A stretch of DNA of 63,849 nt, filler included, from Octopus bimaculoides (GCF_001194135.2; 7 parts of 6 records of this genome joined end to end with filler, not necessarily neighbours in it); one strand, 5' to 3'; positions 39,320-53,758 are shown, counted from the first letter of the whole stretch. A program made the numbers and translations. Notes: generated by a model not told the origin, from the letters alone.

Positions 39320-39740
39320 TGTACTCTAGGCACAAGGCCCGAAATTTTGGGGGAGGGTGTCACTCGATTAGATCGACTTCAGTAAACAAATGGTACTTAA
39401 TTTATCGACCCCGAGAGGATGAAAGGCGAAGTCGACCTTGGCCGGATTTTCACTCAGAACGTAAAGACAGACTAAATACCGCTAAGCATTTCGCCCGACG
39501 TGCTAACGTTTCTTATTTCTTCATTGCCCACAAGGGGCCAAACACAGAAGGGACAAACAAGGACAGACAAAGGGATTAAGTCGATTACATCGACTCCAGT
39601 GCGTAACTGGTACTTAATTTATCGACCCCGAAAGGATGAAAGGCAAAGTCGACCGCGACGGAATTTGAACTCAGAACATAAAGATTGACGAAATACCGAT
39701 AAGAATTTCGCCCGGCGTGCTAACGTGTCTACCAGATCGC
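39320..39740 (-). mobile_element. Two tandem copies of SINE family 3
   Basis: Repeated tggtacttaatttatcgaccccga..ggatgaaaggc.aagtcgacc...aactcagaac...cgtgctaacgt. Other copies on + at 42740-42970, 43525-43650 and 56420-56570. Confidence 0.8.
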
Positions 39741-40247
39741 CGCTTTCTAGAGAGAGTCATTATGCCAATGTAATGAACACACACTGGATATTTAATAAAT
39801 GAGCGGAATTGAGCCAGTGAGTGTGTCCAATACATTAGCATAATGATCCTCCTTAAGCACAACAAAATCAAGACTTCACTACACAGTTATTCGTGTTAGC
39901 AGATATACAGCAATTATATCAGATCACACGATATCAACTAATGAATCGCATATGCCCGTTTTCTCTTCTTTCTATCATAGTTGCTTCAGTCATGGGATTG
40001 CGGCCACGGATTCAAGGGCATAATCACTTTGAAGGACTTCAGTCGTAAGAAGAAACGACCCGTGTACTCGTATTTCTTTTAAATCCGGTAGTTATTTTTT
40101 TGGTCACTTTTGCCGAAATGCACGCAAACCAACAAAAGTTTTTGAACAGTAGGAGTGGGTCTTAAACAAAGCTGCAGCAAAGACACACTCCTGTACACAC
40201 ACACACTTACACACGCGCGCGCGTATACGCATACTCGGATACACACG

Positions 40248-40288
<41 letters not shown>

Positions 40289-40887
40289 CTTTTTGATGCA
40301 ACTCTATACTGTTTTCTTCCTCCAGCCTCTAATCCCCTTTTCTCCCACTCCCTCTTTCCACCGTTTTCTATCTCTCTCTCTCACACACCCTCTTTCTCTT
40401 TTTCTCTCTCTCGTTACTCATACGTTACCATCGTCCAACTTTCTTTTCCTTACATGTCCATCTTTCCTTTCCAGTACGGAAGTTCAAAAGACTGGACTTC
40501 TATCTTTTCTATTTTCGAAGAAAATATTTCTCGCAGCGTTCCACTCGTTCTGGTCTGACGATCCTCTATGTTTGTTTTCATTCAGTATCCTTGTATGTTT
40601 CCACTGTCCTGTGTTTGTTCCCAAATTTGACCCTCTATAAATCCTAAATTTATGGAAGCAACTGTCTCTGAAGATTCATATTGCCGCTGAATGCTCGAAA
40701 TGATGAGTAGATAGACACCCGACAACTGATGAAGGATCCTTTCTCTGTGTTTACTTGTCCTGTTTTCCATTTTTCTCTCTCGTTGTTTACGTATTTCATA
40801 TCTTTTGCACAGTTGGTGACGTCCTGTGCCCATATATGCATATATATGTGTGTGTGTGTGTATTATTTATTATATACATATAGATAC

Positions 40888-40971
<84 letters not shown>

Positions 40972-42284
40972 GACGGGTTTACATACACACATATACATGT
41001 ATATGTGTGTGTATGTAAGCCCGTGGTATGTGTGTGTGTGAAACAGGCTTACGCACAGTTTCTGTTGACCAAATCCACCCACAATACAATGGTCAGTTCA
41101 GACGACACCCAAGCTATTAGTTAAATAGTTACTATGTATAAGTAAAATTTATTTCTTTATAAACACAGAAATGCATATAATCAAAAACTGCTTTCTTAAA
41201 TTGCATCGGTCGTTTCTATACCAATTATGTACTGACGGATTTATGCTACACCTTTTACTCCACTTCAGTGAGTTTCAATAAGATTTGCCTTAAGATTTAG
41301 TAGAGGAGCACTTGGTTTGATCTGGGATTGTTTGTTATATTTTATCGATATCATTGTAGTAATACGGAGTCCTCTAGCAAGAGGTGTGTATGCGGTCATT
41401 GCGGAATCATTCGTTCGGACCTTTGACATCTGGTCTTGTAATCTGTCATCGATGATTGGACAATTACAAGATTCTAATAATAAAATGTTTGTTAGTGGAA
41501 TTCACGTTACTTCTTTCAAGAGTTTCATGATTTCAATCATTCCAAGCCATATTAACCATGCTAAATATGTTCTACATCGGCATTTCTAATCTTTGGTGGC
41601 ATTTTTTTTTTTTTTTTGCTTCTATAAACGAGGAGACGCGAATAGTGTAAATTAGATTGTGAATCTTTGCAATTATCAATATGGCATATAGGCAGACATA
41701 ATGTAAGTGCTACTTTCATATTCTAATATAGAATTTGGTTCATAACTATTAGCAGAACACGATTAAATGTACAGAAATTCTCTTAATATCCCTATGTTGA
41801 GTAAATCAATATGTGTAGGTTTTAGGGATCCGTAGATAATTACTAGTATCTCAAGAGATGTAGCGTATATATTATATATTTGATTATTTCATTTTTCTTC
41901 TAGTGACTCATATATCCGCGTATAAATTAATTAATTTAATAAACTACTTCTGAAGTATCACAAGCATTAGATATTGTAAAAACATCTCTAAACAAGAGAT
42001 GATTTCCTTGGTGACAAGGGAAGGGTGTGTGCTCTCAATGGAATAGATTAATCTTTAGAAAATATTGATAAACAGGAACATTATTTCGCACAATTATCCG
42101 TCGTTTAAACATACATTTATCACCCTCCTAAGATAAGCAGTTTGTTCTCATAGCTCTAAACAATAGCAACGCTCTTATTATATGTGACATTGCAGGTGGC
42201 ATTCAGAGGAATGCGTAGTATAGGTAGTATTTGACAAATGAAAGACCTTGATACATCTGCTTATATATATATATAAACAAATAG

Positions 42285-42634
42285 TAAATGAGTATATGCA
42301 TATATACGTACAGGTATGTGCATACTGACATCCAACTGTATGTATAGGTGCATATCTGGGTACAGGACATTGCTAACAAAACAGAGACGAGAAAACACAC
42401 AAGCCTCATAGAGAACATTCTACTTCATCAGCTACCCCCGTTTTAACACCGGCGTTTCGAAGAGCTGGGCAGGACGCATCGTTAAAACGGCTCTTCCCAT
42501 GGATCGCAAATTAAATTTGTATACACAAATTAAATCTTGCCATGGAGGAATGTAGTGGCGGACAAAAAACAAGACAGGAAAACAAACAGAAAAGGCTTTA
42601 CGGCCAGACGAGAAAAATTATATGTGTATGAACG
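42285..42634 (-). mobile_element. Copy of the 16195-16560 repeat
   Basis: Shared atgagtatatgcatatatacgtacaggtatgtgcatac...catagagaacatt...ttcatcagctac...ggaggaatgtagtgg. Confidence 0.65.
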
Positions 42635-43298
42635 NNNNNNNNNNNNNNNNNNNNNNNNNNNNNNNNNNNNNNNNNNNNTTAATTAATTAANNNNNNNNNN
42701 NNNNNNNNNNNNNNNNNNNNNNNNNNNNNNNNNNAAAGAGTAAGGTGACGAGCTGGCAGAAACGTTAGCACGCTCGGCGAAATGCTTAGCGGTATTTCGT
42801 CTGCCGTTAGGTTCTGAGTTCAAATTCTCCCGAGGTCGACTTTGCCTTTCATCCTTTCGGGGAACGATTAAAAAAAGTACCAGTTACGCACTGGGGGGTC
42901 GATGTAATCGACTTAATCCCTTTGTTTGTCCTCTCTATGTTTAGCCCCCTGTAGGCAATAAAGAAATATATACGTACATGCATATAACACACACACACAC
43001 ACACACATGCACATGTGTGCACAGAGGGGGAGTGGAGAGAGAGAGAGAGAGAGGTCTGCTTTCAGCTTCTGCCTACCAAATCTACTCAGAAGGCTTTAGT
43101 TGGTTCAGGACTGTAGTTGAAACAGTTGCCTGAGGTGGCACACAGTGAAGATGAACCTGGAACCATGTGGTCAGGAAGCAAACTCCTTACCACACAGCCA
43201 TGCTTGCCTTCATCTTATTTTTAGCTTTTTTTTTTTTGTGAAATTCTTTTTCTTTTCCTTTATTTACAAACGTAAATTGTCCCATAAAATGGTTTGTT

Positions 43299-43378
43299 TT
43301 AACCCTTTGGCATTCAGATTACTCTGCCAAATGTAATGCTTAATTATTCATGTTGTTTTGAATTAATCATGCATTAAT
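43299..43378 (+). mobile_element. piggyBac-like non-autonomous element end
   Basis: TTAA-CCCTTTGGCATTCAGATTACTCTG. The opposite end appears on - at 47900-48130, and related internal/terminal sequence at 8590-8754 ends AAAGGATTAA. Confidence 0.45.
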
Positions 43379-43859
43379 CATCATCATCATCATCATCATT
43401 TAATGTTCCATTTCCATGCTGGCATGAGTTAGACGGTTTGACTGGGTGCTTTCTACATGCCACCACACAGTTTTGCAATTTCAATGATTTGACAGTTTGT
43501 TTTTAGAATGATATCATAAAGTGGGGAGGCAGCTAGCTGCCAGAAATGTTAGCACGCCATGCAAAATGCTTAGCAGCATTTTGTCTGTCTCTATGTTCTG
43601 AGTTCAAATTCCGCTGAGGTCGACTTTGCCTTTCATCCTTTTGGAGTTAGAGGAAATAGTGTGAGTAGAAATGTTAATGAAAGATGAAAGCAGTTCAGGG
43701 GTGGGAGGGAGGTAATTTATAGGGAAGAGATGTAATGTGCCTATTCTGCTTACAGGTAATTACAGCAGCTGAGCAGTACCTTAGATAGAGAAGTGATGGC
43801 TTTTAGGGGATGAGATATGGGAAGAGAGATACTTAATAGAGCAGAGAAAGAGGAGAGGG

Positions 43860-44340
43860 GCAGGGTCCTGCATGCACTAGCATAACCAAGGTGGTTTTAG
43901 GATATCATTTCTGCTCTGATGGACAGGTCCTATTGGGCATAGCAAATTGCCAGTCATCTTGGTCCTTTGTAATTCATAAAGTTCTGCATCTTGAAATCTT
44001 TGCTTGTCCGCTACATTCAGGTCCCACGTCTTACTACCATGTAGCATTGCTTTTTTGTGCACAAGCATCATACAATCTTCCTTTCACTTGGAAGGAGAAA
44101 CTTTTTGTTACCAGCAGAAATAATAGCTTTCTTAATTTTCTCCATCTTCTTATTCTAGCAACTACATTTTCAGAACATCCCCCTCCACTGTTCATTATGT
44201 CACCTTGGTAACAGAAATGATCTACTATACAGCCTCCTGGGCATTTGAGAAAATTGATTTTCCATGTAGCTTTAATCTTTATGGCTTCCATGCACTTTCT
44301 ACATACAAACACTACTTTCTTTGTTTATCTTCCTGTGACC
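43860..44340 (-). mobile_element. RTE-clade LINE ORF2 fragment (RT 3' region)
   Basis: VDHFCYQGDIMNSGGGCSENVVARIRRWRKLRKLL...KGRLYDAC...AMLHGSKTW. Confidence 0.85.
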
Positions 44341-44920
44341 CTGTGTGTATGTGTGTGTGTGTTTGTGTCATATATATANNNNNNNNNNNNNNNNNNNNNN
44401 NNNNNNNNNNNNNNNNNNNNNNNNNNNNNNNNNNNNNNNNNNNNNNNNNNNNNNNNNNNNNNNNNNNNNNNNNNTATATATATGTATAATGTAGTCGTTG
44501 GTTTTGGCCAGTCATGTTACCATTGGTTTCACATCAGTTATGCTCTTAGCAATATAGGTAGCACATCAGACCAGTTGGCTGGAGGATCATAACCTCTTTA
44601 CTAATGAAAGTATGAATACAGTCTTGGTCAGCCAGGGTTGCGAAAACTTCTCTAGGTGAGATGGAATTATCTCCATTTGACCTGTTCTAGTTGTCTGAAA
44701 AAGTATGTATGATTCCTGTTTACTAATCAACAAGTGAGGAATTCCATGTTTCAAATTCAAATTTTCTCTCATGAGAGCACCAACAAAACATTTCACTTTT
44801 GGAATTTAAGAAGGCCCCTGAGCCATGTGAATTTTTTTAGGATCCTCACCTCCCCTCTTGGCCAAATGTATATTATATGTGTACAACTATAGTTGTGTGT
44901 GTGTGTATAGATTTATCTAA

Positions 44921-45121
<201 letters not shown>

Positions 45122-45529
45122 TAAGTTTGGTGTTTCGAAAATGCACACTGGATATTATTTGAATTAAATTGGTGCATGTGTGGCTTTGTGGTTAAGAAGT
45201 TCACTCTGCCATCACACAATCCCGAGTCCAGTACCACTGTATGGCATCTTGAACATGTAGCTTTGGCTTTAGAATTGTGTTGGTCAAGATCTTCATTATC
45301 ATCATCATCATCATCATCATCATCATTGTTTAGCATCTGCTTTTCCATACTTGCATGGGTCAGACGGAATTTGTTGGGGCAGATTTTCTATGGCTAGATG
45401 CTCTTTCTGTCATCAACCCTCACCTGTTTCCGAGTAAGATAGTATTTCCCCATGACCAGACATGTTTCCATGGAAGATGGAAATCAAGGGAACCACTTGC
45501 ATAGCAGTGACACTCGATATCAAGGCAAA

Positions 45530-45584
<55 letters not shown>

Positions 45585-45869
45585 ATGCACGTAAATACAT
45601 ACATATATACATACATACGTACATGCATGATGGGCTTCTTTCAGTTTCTGTTTGCCAAATCTACTCTCAGGGCTACGGTAAAAGATACTTGCCCAAAGTG
45701 CCATGAATTGGACTGAACTTGAAATCATGTGATTGGGGAGCAAATCTTTTACCACTCAGTCATACCTGCATGTGAATGGAATTTGGTAGACAGAAATTGT
45801 TGATAAACATACATATATGTATATATATATATGTATGTATGCATATATATGTATGTATATATGCATGTA

Positions 45870-45961
<92 letters not shown>

Positions 45962-46136
45962 NNNNNNNNNNNNNNNNNNNNNNNNNNNNNNNNNNNNNNN
46001 NNNNNNNNNNNNNNNNNNNNNNNNNNNNNNNNNNNNNNNNNNNNNNNNNNNNNNNNNNNNNNNNNNNNNNNNNNNNNNNNNNNNNNNNNNNNNNNNNNNN
46101 NNNNNNNNNNNNNNNNNNNNNNNNNNNNNNNNNNNN

Positions 46137-46187
<51 letters not shown>

Positions 46188-46366
46188 TAATTTCATATTA
46201 TGGTCTGTATTTGAGTAATGCTTTTTTTCTGAAACATATGTACATAGAGTTTTAATAGCTGGTTATTAGTGTTGCCACACCTAAGTAAAATGTATAAATA
46301 TGGGTGTGGGTGTTATTGCTTGTATTACAATAATAGTCATTATTATTGTTTTTTTCTTTCATTTAG

Positions 46367-46441
46367 TTCTGAAGCCAATGACCTAGCCCTACGCCTTGCT
46401 CGCAGTTACACAGAATCAAATGAAGTTATTACGTTAGATCA
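46367..46441 (+). CDS. ETNPPL: Next exon of the same ETNPPL/PHYKPL-like gene
   Basis: Acceptor tttttctttcatttAG and donor CA|GTAAGT. The 75 nt are in phase with the previous exon: (G)SEANDLALRLARSYTESNEVITLD(H), continuing the conserved GSEANDLALRLAR...LDHAYHG motif. Confidence 0.95.
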
Positions 46442-46569
46442 GTAAGTATACTACAAACCTATTTTAACTATTCATTTTTAATTAGACAGTCTCTCTTTCT
46501 CCCTCCCTCTTTCTCTTCCTGTTCCTCTTTCTCTCTTTCAGATAGAAGCAATTATTGAGGTATCAAATA

Positions 46570-46915
46570 ACTAGACCAGGTCAGGAAAGTTATGGAGAAA
46601 GGTTTTAGCTCAGTTGACTAGGGAAAGAATTACAATTGAAATGCAGTTTGGTATTGTACTGGGGAGAAATACTACTGATGCCATCTTCTTAATAAGATGA
46701 CTGCAGGAGAAGTATTTGGCTAAAAGTAAACCATTGTTTTAAACCATTGCAATCATTGACCTGGAGAAAGCCTTTGACAGAGTCCTTTACTTTGTGATCT
46801 GAGGAATTTAGAAGAAGACACATTGCTTATGAGAACCATGCAAGCCATGTACAGTGGGGCTGTCTATAAGGTGAGAGTCAGCCAATAAGTGCAGTAATGA
46901 ATTTAGTTTTTCAGG
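46570..46915 (+). mobile_element. RTE LINE reverse-transcriptase fragment
   Basis: TTDAIFLIR*LQEKYLAKSKPL...IDLEKAFDRV...MQAMYSGAVYKVRV. Confidence 0.85.
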
Positions 46916-47293
46916 TATAGTTGACAAATATCTGTCAAATGCAAATAATGTAAATAATGCCAAGCCATGTCAAGAAACACAGGCATGTAGTTTTGCAGTG
47001 GATTGCTAGCAAACAATACCTGCTGCATAAGCAGTAAGGCTTTTGTTTACAGTCAGTGAGCACATGTGGAGATGAGGAAAAATATGAAGTCACTCACTCA
47101 AACTTGTGTGTACACATGCTCACAGGCAGAGAGAGGTGAGGTTCTGCTTTAGTTTCTGTCAAAGGAATTGGCTGACTGATAGCTTTAATAGACGACCTCA
47201 GTCAACAGCATCCACGCAGTGGAACTGAACCCCAAGCCATGTGGTTCTGAAGTGAATTTCTTAACTATAGAGCCATGCCTGTATCTTTACATA

Positions 47294-47326
<33 letters not shown>

Positions 47327-47509
47327 ACACATGTATACAATACTAATCATATATACAGTACTAACACTTACCATATTGGTGCTGTGCATGGAAATAGGGT
47401 AGTCAGGTGAGAACATTTGGCCATATGCAAGAACCTCTCGACCATCATCAAAAGATTGCACAAACTCTCTTCCTTTCAGGTGCAGAAAACAGACATCAAA
47501 CAACCTTTC

Positions 47510-49860
47510 CATCACCAGAAAGCCCCTACTTCATGACAAGTGCAAAACCTAAGGGATGCCACCATGAACATTGGCATGATGAAAGGTAGTCTGGAGAGGC
47601 AAGTTGATGTGTGCTGTGTACAAGAGGTAAGATAGAGAGAAGCCTCAGCTCGGCTTTTCACATGCAAGGAACACAGTTACAAACTCTTTGGGGCAGGTAA
47701 CAATATTAAGTCAGGTGGAGTAGGCAGTTTGTTGGCAGAGAAATTGAAGTAATTGAGGTATTGAGAATAAGTGATCGGATAATTAAGCTTAGAAAAGTTA
47801 TAGGTCACATGATATTTACAGCGATCATTGCATGAGCAAAACAGTTAGGAATTAAAAGATCATTTCAGAATACCTCAATAACAAATCATATCAACCTCAT
47901 TATCACAGCAGTTGACTTTACCCCTGTTGCATTTAAAATGGCCATTTCAGCCCAAATATTCTATGTTCAAACCAGTCAGCTTTGGTCTTTCACACTTGCC
48001 CTACAATTTCATTCTAAAAATAAACAATCACATTATCAAAGCCTTGAATCTACGAGATAGTATATAATTAATTCAAAACAATGTGAATAAGTAAGTATTA
48101 CATTTGACAGCGTAGTCTGAATGCTAATGGATGAATGGGTTTGGTAATACCTTGACATGCATGAAATCTGTAGATATGTTACAAGGAATGAAGAGAAGTT
48201 AAGGCTCTGGCAGTTATGTAGAGCAAATGGTCTAACCTGTTATAAAACTAACTTCAGGAATCATGATAGCCACCTAATCACCTAATAAACACCCAAGCTA
48301 GACTTTACACACACCAGGAAACAAAGTAGATAGATGGCTGTGTGTAGAGACATTAGGAAATGTGCTAGTTGGACTCAAAGATACAATGCAACCTGAAGAA
48401 GGAAGGTATACAAGCTGAAAGCTCCCTTAAACAGACGTTAGGTCAAAGAAGTATTTCGTGACACATATGATGAAAAGAAGGAGAAAGAGACTTGTGATGC
48501 AAAGGACAACTGGAACTTTCTATAAAACAACCTACTGAAAGCCACACACTTAATCGGTAATTAAAGCAAGGTTTTACCCAGACGGAAGATGATATGGTTA
48601 TGGAATGGTATTGTATATAGAGTCATAGAAGCAAAGAACAAGTCCAGAGAGAAAAGATGGGAGGGGGGCAAAGAGCAGTATCTGGCTACCAGAAGAAATA
48701 GATGTCTGGTACATTTAGAAATGGGAGAAACTGAGAGTAAGAACATTACCAATGTTCTAAGGTGCTAGGATTGTAAGGTAATGTGTGAGAGAAAATTGAC
48801 ATTGGAAAGAAGTGTGAAGAATAGTAACAGCACACTTGGAGAGAGAGGCTGAGATTTAGAGGTTTGATTATGTGCTGCAACAAGAAGAGCAAAAGTATTG
48901 TTGATTGTGAGATATTGTGCCAACACTAACCAAGGCATTATTAAAGAAAGTGTGTATGGAGTAATAGTGGTCCACTTGCCATTACGAAGAAAGAAAAAAT
49001 ATGAAAATGTTACTACAAGAGGTTCCTGATTGTGGAGAATGCAGGGGAGGTAGGATCTAATACAAGTTGACCAAACAGAAAGTCCAACTGTTCAAGTCTA
49101 CAGCTATATGGTTGAAAATGAAATTAAAGATATGAAGGTTGTGAAAGTGAAAACAGCTGGATCATCAGGGTTAGCCTCTGAAATATATTCTGAAAATATG
49201 TGGTGAAGTAGGACAGCAGCCAAAACAGTTCTCATTCTTCAAACAACTTACAAGGATGCTGCTATGAGCAAAACATAGGTTCATGAGTGGTTTTCACATT
49301 TTAGGAATGGTAACTTGTCACTTGAAGACCAACTTCATCTAGGGTGCCTGTTGACCTCCTGAATGAATGAAGACATCACGAAAATTCACGAACTGATGTT
49401 GGAGGACAATCACTGAACAATTGATGAACTTGTTGATACTGGTGTGTCTTGAAGCTCCTGCCATTACGAAGAAAGAAAAAATATGAAAATTTTACTATAA
49501 GAGGTTCCTGATAGTGGAGAATGCAGGAGAGGAAGGAGTGAACACAAGTTGACCAAACAGAAAGTCCAACTGTTCAAGTCTACAGCGACATGGTTGAAAA
49601 TGAAATTAAAGATATGAAGGTTGTGAAAGTGAAAACAGCTGGATCATCAGGGTTTGCCTCTGAAATATATTCTGAAAATATGTGGTGAAGTAGGACACAT
49701 GCTAGTTATTCACATGGTAAACGAGGTCATAGAGGAAGATTTTCTTCTATTTGATTGACGTAGCAGTTTAATTTACAACTATTACAAAGGCAAAGGAAGT
49801 TTTCTGGTGGCAAACAACCTATATGAGATCAAATTGTGGGAATCCAGTAGTGAAAGGAAC
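47510..49860 (+). mobile_element. Decayed RTE LINE (endonuclease to early RT), interrupted and partly duplicated
   Basis: VDVCCVQEVR...YKLF...SGGVG...ISDRIIKLR (APE), RNEE.LRL..LCRAN, IKDMK...AGSSGL, and YKGKG...NNLYEIKLWE. Confidence 0.85.
49216..49463 (+). mobile_element. Local templated copy of mariner segment 50232-50482
   Basis: Near-identical to 50232-50482 including the same stop codons, and embedded between two copies of an RTE segment. Confidence 0.85.
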
Positions 49861-50109
49861 AGAGTTAAAGCAAACACACCCATGCACTCTGACGCATGTA
49901 TACCTGAATGCTGCTTTTGGCCAGATATACACACACATCTACATACCTACCTACCTACCTACCTACCTACCTACCTACCTACCTACCTGCCTGCCTGCCT
50001 GAAATGTTCTCTGTGGGACAAGTCTGATGTAGTTCAGGCTTCTACCACTAGGAGTTACTTGATGTGACCCTCAGGCATCAGTCTGCTAACTGGCATTGTT
50101 GAGTGGAGA

Positions 50110-51332
50110 CAAACTGCCACGTGGTGCATCTTTGTTTTGCAGTGCTTCTCACTTGTTCACTGATTTTTGCGATGGCTGAAACAAAGGGACAGTGTGCTTC
50201 CATGAAATTCTGTTTTCTGCTGGGGAAAACGGCAGCCAAAACAGTTCTCATGCTTCAAACAACTTTCAAGGATGCTGCTATGTGCAAAACATAGGTTCAC
50301 GAGTGGTTTTCACACTTTAGGAATGGTGACTTGTCACTTGAAGACCAACTTCATCCAGGGTGCCTGTTGACCTCCTGAATGAATGAAAACATCACGAAAA
50401 TTCATGAACTGATGTTGGAGGACAATCACTGAAAAATTGATGAACTTGTTGATATGACTGGTGTTTCTTGGAGCTCCTGCCAACGAATTTTAAGTGAGGA
50501 ATTGCGAATGAAAAAAGTTGCAGTAAAATTCATGCCTCACTTGCTCTCGGAAGATCAAAAGCAGTCACGACTGAATGCATGTCATGAACTGAAAGAACAG
50601 TTGGAAATTGATCTAGACTTTTTTAAAAGGTCATCACTGGTCGCAAAAGCTGCTGCTATGGTTATGACTTGGAAACAAAGCAGCATTCAAGTTAGTGGAA
50701 GCATTTGATGTCACCATGCCCCCCCCCCCAAAGTGCGCCAAGTGAAGTCCAGTGTCAAGGCGATGCTGTTTTGTTCATCAATGCGAAAGGAATTGTCCAC
50801 ACAGTATTTGTCTCTCCCGGTCAAACTGTTAACCAGACAATTTGTTCAGCAGTTCTGAAGCATTTGCGAGATACATCATCATCATCGTTTAACGTCCACT
50901 TTCCATGCTAGCATGGGTTGGACGATTTGACTGAGGACTGGTGGAACCCGAAGGCTACACCAGGCTCCAATCTGATTTGACAGAGTTTCTACAGCTGGAT
51001 GCCCTTCCTAACGCCAACCACTCCGAGAGTGTAGTAGGTGCTTTTGCGTGTCACCCGCACGAAGGCCAGTGAGGCGATACTGGCAACGGCCACGCTCAAA
51101 ATGGTATACAACAAGATGAAAATGCTCCGACCAGTGGCAAAGTAGAGAGTGGTGGTTTCATCATGACAATTCACCTTTGCGCACTGTCTTGAATGTGAGA
51201 CAAAACGTGTCTGGACCAATGCATTGCTTCAAATGGAGAATACTTTGATGGCAATAAAAGTGTAAACATGTAAAACCACTAAGTGAATAAAATAATATTA
51301 CAAAATTCCAGTTTCTTTTGGGCACCCTCTCG
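50110..51332 (+). mobile_element. Decayed mariner transposon, interrupted by a SINE at 50876-51110
   Basis: MAETKGQCASMKFCFLLGKTAAKTV...VHEWFSHFRNG...SCQRILSEELRMKKVAVKFMPHLL. 3' TIR ...cttttgggcaccctctcg followed by TA at 51333-51334. 5' TIR not found. Confidence 0.9.
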
Positions 51333-51342
51333 TAGATATATA

Positions 51343-51790
51343 CAGGGTACATTAATTTTTTGAGGTCATTTGTATGAATGTAGAGAAAGATGTATAGCAC
51401 ATCAAAGGAAAGCTCCATTAGAAAACAAATTTGTACAAATAATCTTGAGAATCCTTTTATCTCACCTATTCTGTAAACCCACCATTAACATCAATGGCTG
51501 CTTCAATATGGGCTCAGAAGCATTGACATATCTGAATCTGATGATACTTATCAATTTTGGACATAGAGTTGGTTATGGCAGACCTGAAAGATTGCATGAT
51601 GTTATGATGTTAAGGCTGTTGATTGATTGATCTCCCAACTATTCCCCATATGTAATAGTCCAATGGATTGAGATCTGGTGAGCTAGGAGGCCATGTGTGT
51701 GGGAGAACAGGATCACGGAGATTGGTATGCATTCATGCATGTGTTGTCCTAGCATTATGAGACAGCACAGAGTCTTGTTAGAAGATGTCC
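51343..51790 (-). mobile_element. maT (DD37D) transposon 3' fragment
   Basis: IF*QDSVLSHNARTTHA*MHTNLRDPVLPHTWPPSSPDLNPLDYYIWG, with exactly 37 residues between the last two Asp. Terminal TA-CAGGGT at 51341-51348. Confidence 0.85.
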
Positions 51791-52310
51791 GATCTTCTGT
51801 CTCTTGAACATACACACATATCAGTGCATAAACATGCGTTTACAAATCCATACACATATACACACATACATAGATGCGTCTACATACATATGTAAATGCT
51901 CGCATACATAAATACATAAACACATATATATCATGAACTTCATAACCTATATATATATATATATNNNNNNNNNNNNNNNNNNNNNNNNNNNNNNNNNNNN
52001 NNNNNNNNNNNNNNNNNNNNNNNNNNNNNNNNNNNNNNNNNNNNNNNNNNNNNNNNNNNNNNNNNNNNNNNNNNNNNNNNNNNNNNNNNNNNNNNNNNNN
52101 NNNNNNNNNNNNNNNNNNNNNNNNNNNNNNNNNNNNNNNNNNNNNNNNNNNNNNNNNNNNNNNNNNNNNNNNNNNNNNNNNNNNNNNNNNNNNNNNNNAT
52201 ATAGGCTTTGGTCAGCCTGAGGCTGTATCCTTCTGAGTTATCCCTCTGATTAATAATAAGATTGTTTAATTATAACTTGACATAAAAACAAACATCAATA
52301 CATGTGTGTG

Positions 52311-52366
<56 letters not shown>

Positions 52367-52766
52367 GATCTATCCATCCATCCATCCATCCACCCAGCCA
52401 CCAACAGCAGAAGTGTTAAGACCAGTCCCCCTGGTGGTGAGGATTGACTTGCAAGAGTCCTGGGCCAGTGCCATGTAAAAAGCACTCATGGTGGTGTCAT
52501 GTGAAAGCAGTCATGCTGCACTGTGTAAAAGCACCCATGTGGCATGACATAAAAGTGCCCTTGTGGGGCCATGCAAAAACACCTGCGCGGTGCCATGTAA
52601 AAGTACCCAGCACACTCTGTAAAGAGGTTGGTGTTAGGAAGGGCATCAAGCTGTAGAAACCATGCTAAATCAAACTGTCCAAACCATGCCAGCATGGACA
52701 ATGGACATTAAATGATGATGATGTGCATGTATATACAAGTACATGTGTTGTGTGTGTGTGTGTGTG

Positions 52767-52837
<71 letters not shown>

Positions 52838-53704
52838 GTGCCGGTGGCACATGTAAAGACATTCGAGTGCGATCATTGCCAGTGCCGCTGGACTAGCTCC
52901 TATGCAGGACACGAAACTCGGCTTGTGAAAACCTGTTGGGGCAAGCGAAAGCGAAATCGTGATGGCACCTGAGCCCAGCGTCGCCTTCCTGGCACTTGTG
53001 CCGGTGGCATGTGTAAAGACATTCGAGCGAGATTGTGCCAGTGCCGCTGGACTGGCTCCTGTGCAGGTGGCACGTAAAATACACCATTTTGAGCGTGGCT
53101 GTTGCCAGTACNNNNNNNNNNNNNNNNNNNNNNNNNNNNNNNNNNNNNNNNNNNNTTAATTAATTAANNNNNNNNNNNNNNNNNNNNNNNNNNNNNNNNN
53201 NNNNNNNNNNNCTTTTTGGTGCCGACTCTTGAGTCGCTCCTATATATATATATATATATATGCATATATCAAATGGTTAGTGTAGGATTTGTTGTAATTC
53301 CTACAAGGGAAGCCGAAATTCGCTGCCATGAAAATAAGGAGGTAACCACAGCATGATGTGTAGATGCAGGGATGTAGAATTTGGGAGAAAAATAAAATGT
53401 TATACATTATATTTTGTCGCTAAATGCTGGAACAAAATATGGCCTAGTCATATTTACGTAATTTCACCGGTATAGAATGGACAGTACAAGGAGACGCGCG
53501 TGCGTACACACACATACACACACACGCACACATACACTTACATATATATATATATATATACACATATATACTTATATACAAATAAGCGTACGATTATTTT
53601 GTATATAAAAAAAAGCACCACGTGGTATTTATATGAATATGCCAAAGAATCGTATTTAGATATATGTATGTGAGTATAAATATATATATATGGATATATT
53701 CATT

Positions 53705-53758
<54 letters not shown>

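Noticed and set aside
42420-42510. CTGATGA and GAAAC motifs on - strand (also CTGATGA near 16360)
   Set aside because: Order and stems do not assemble into a hammerhead fold.
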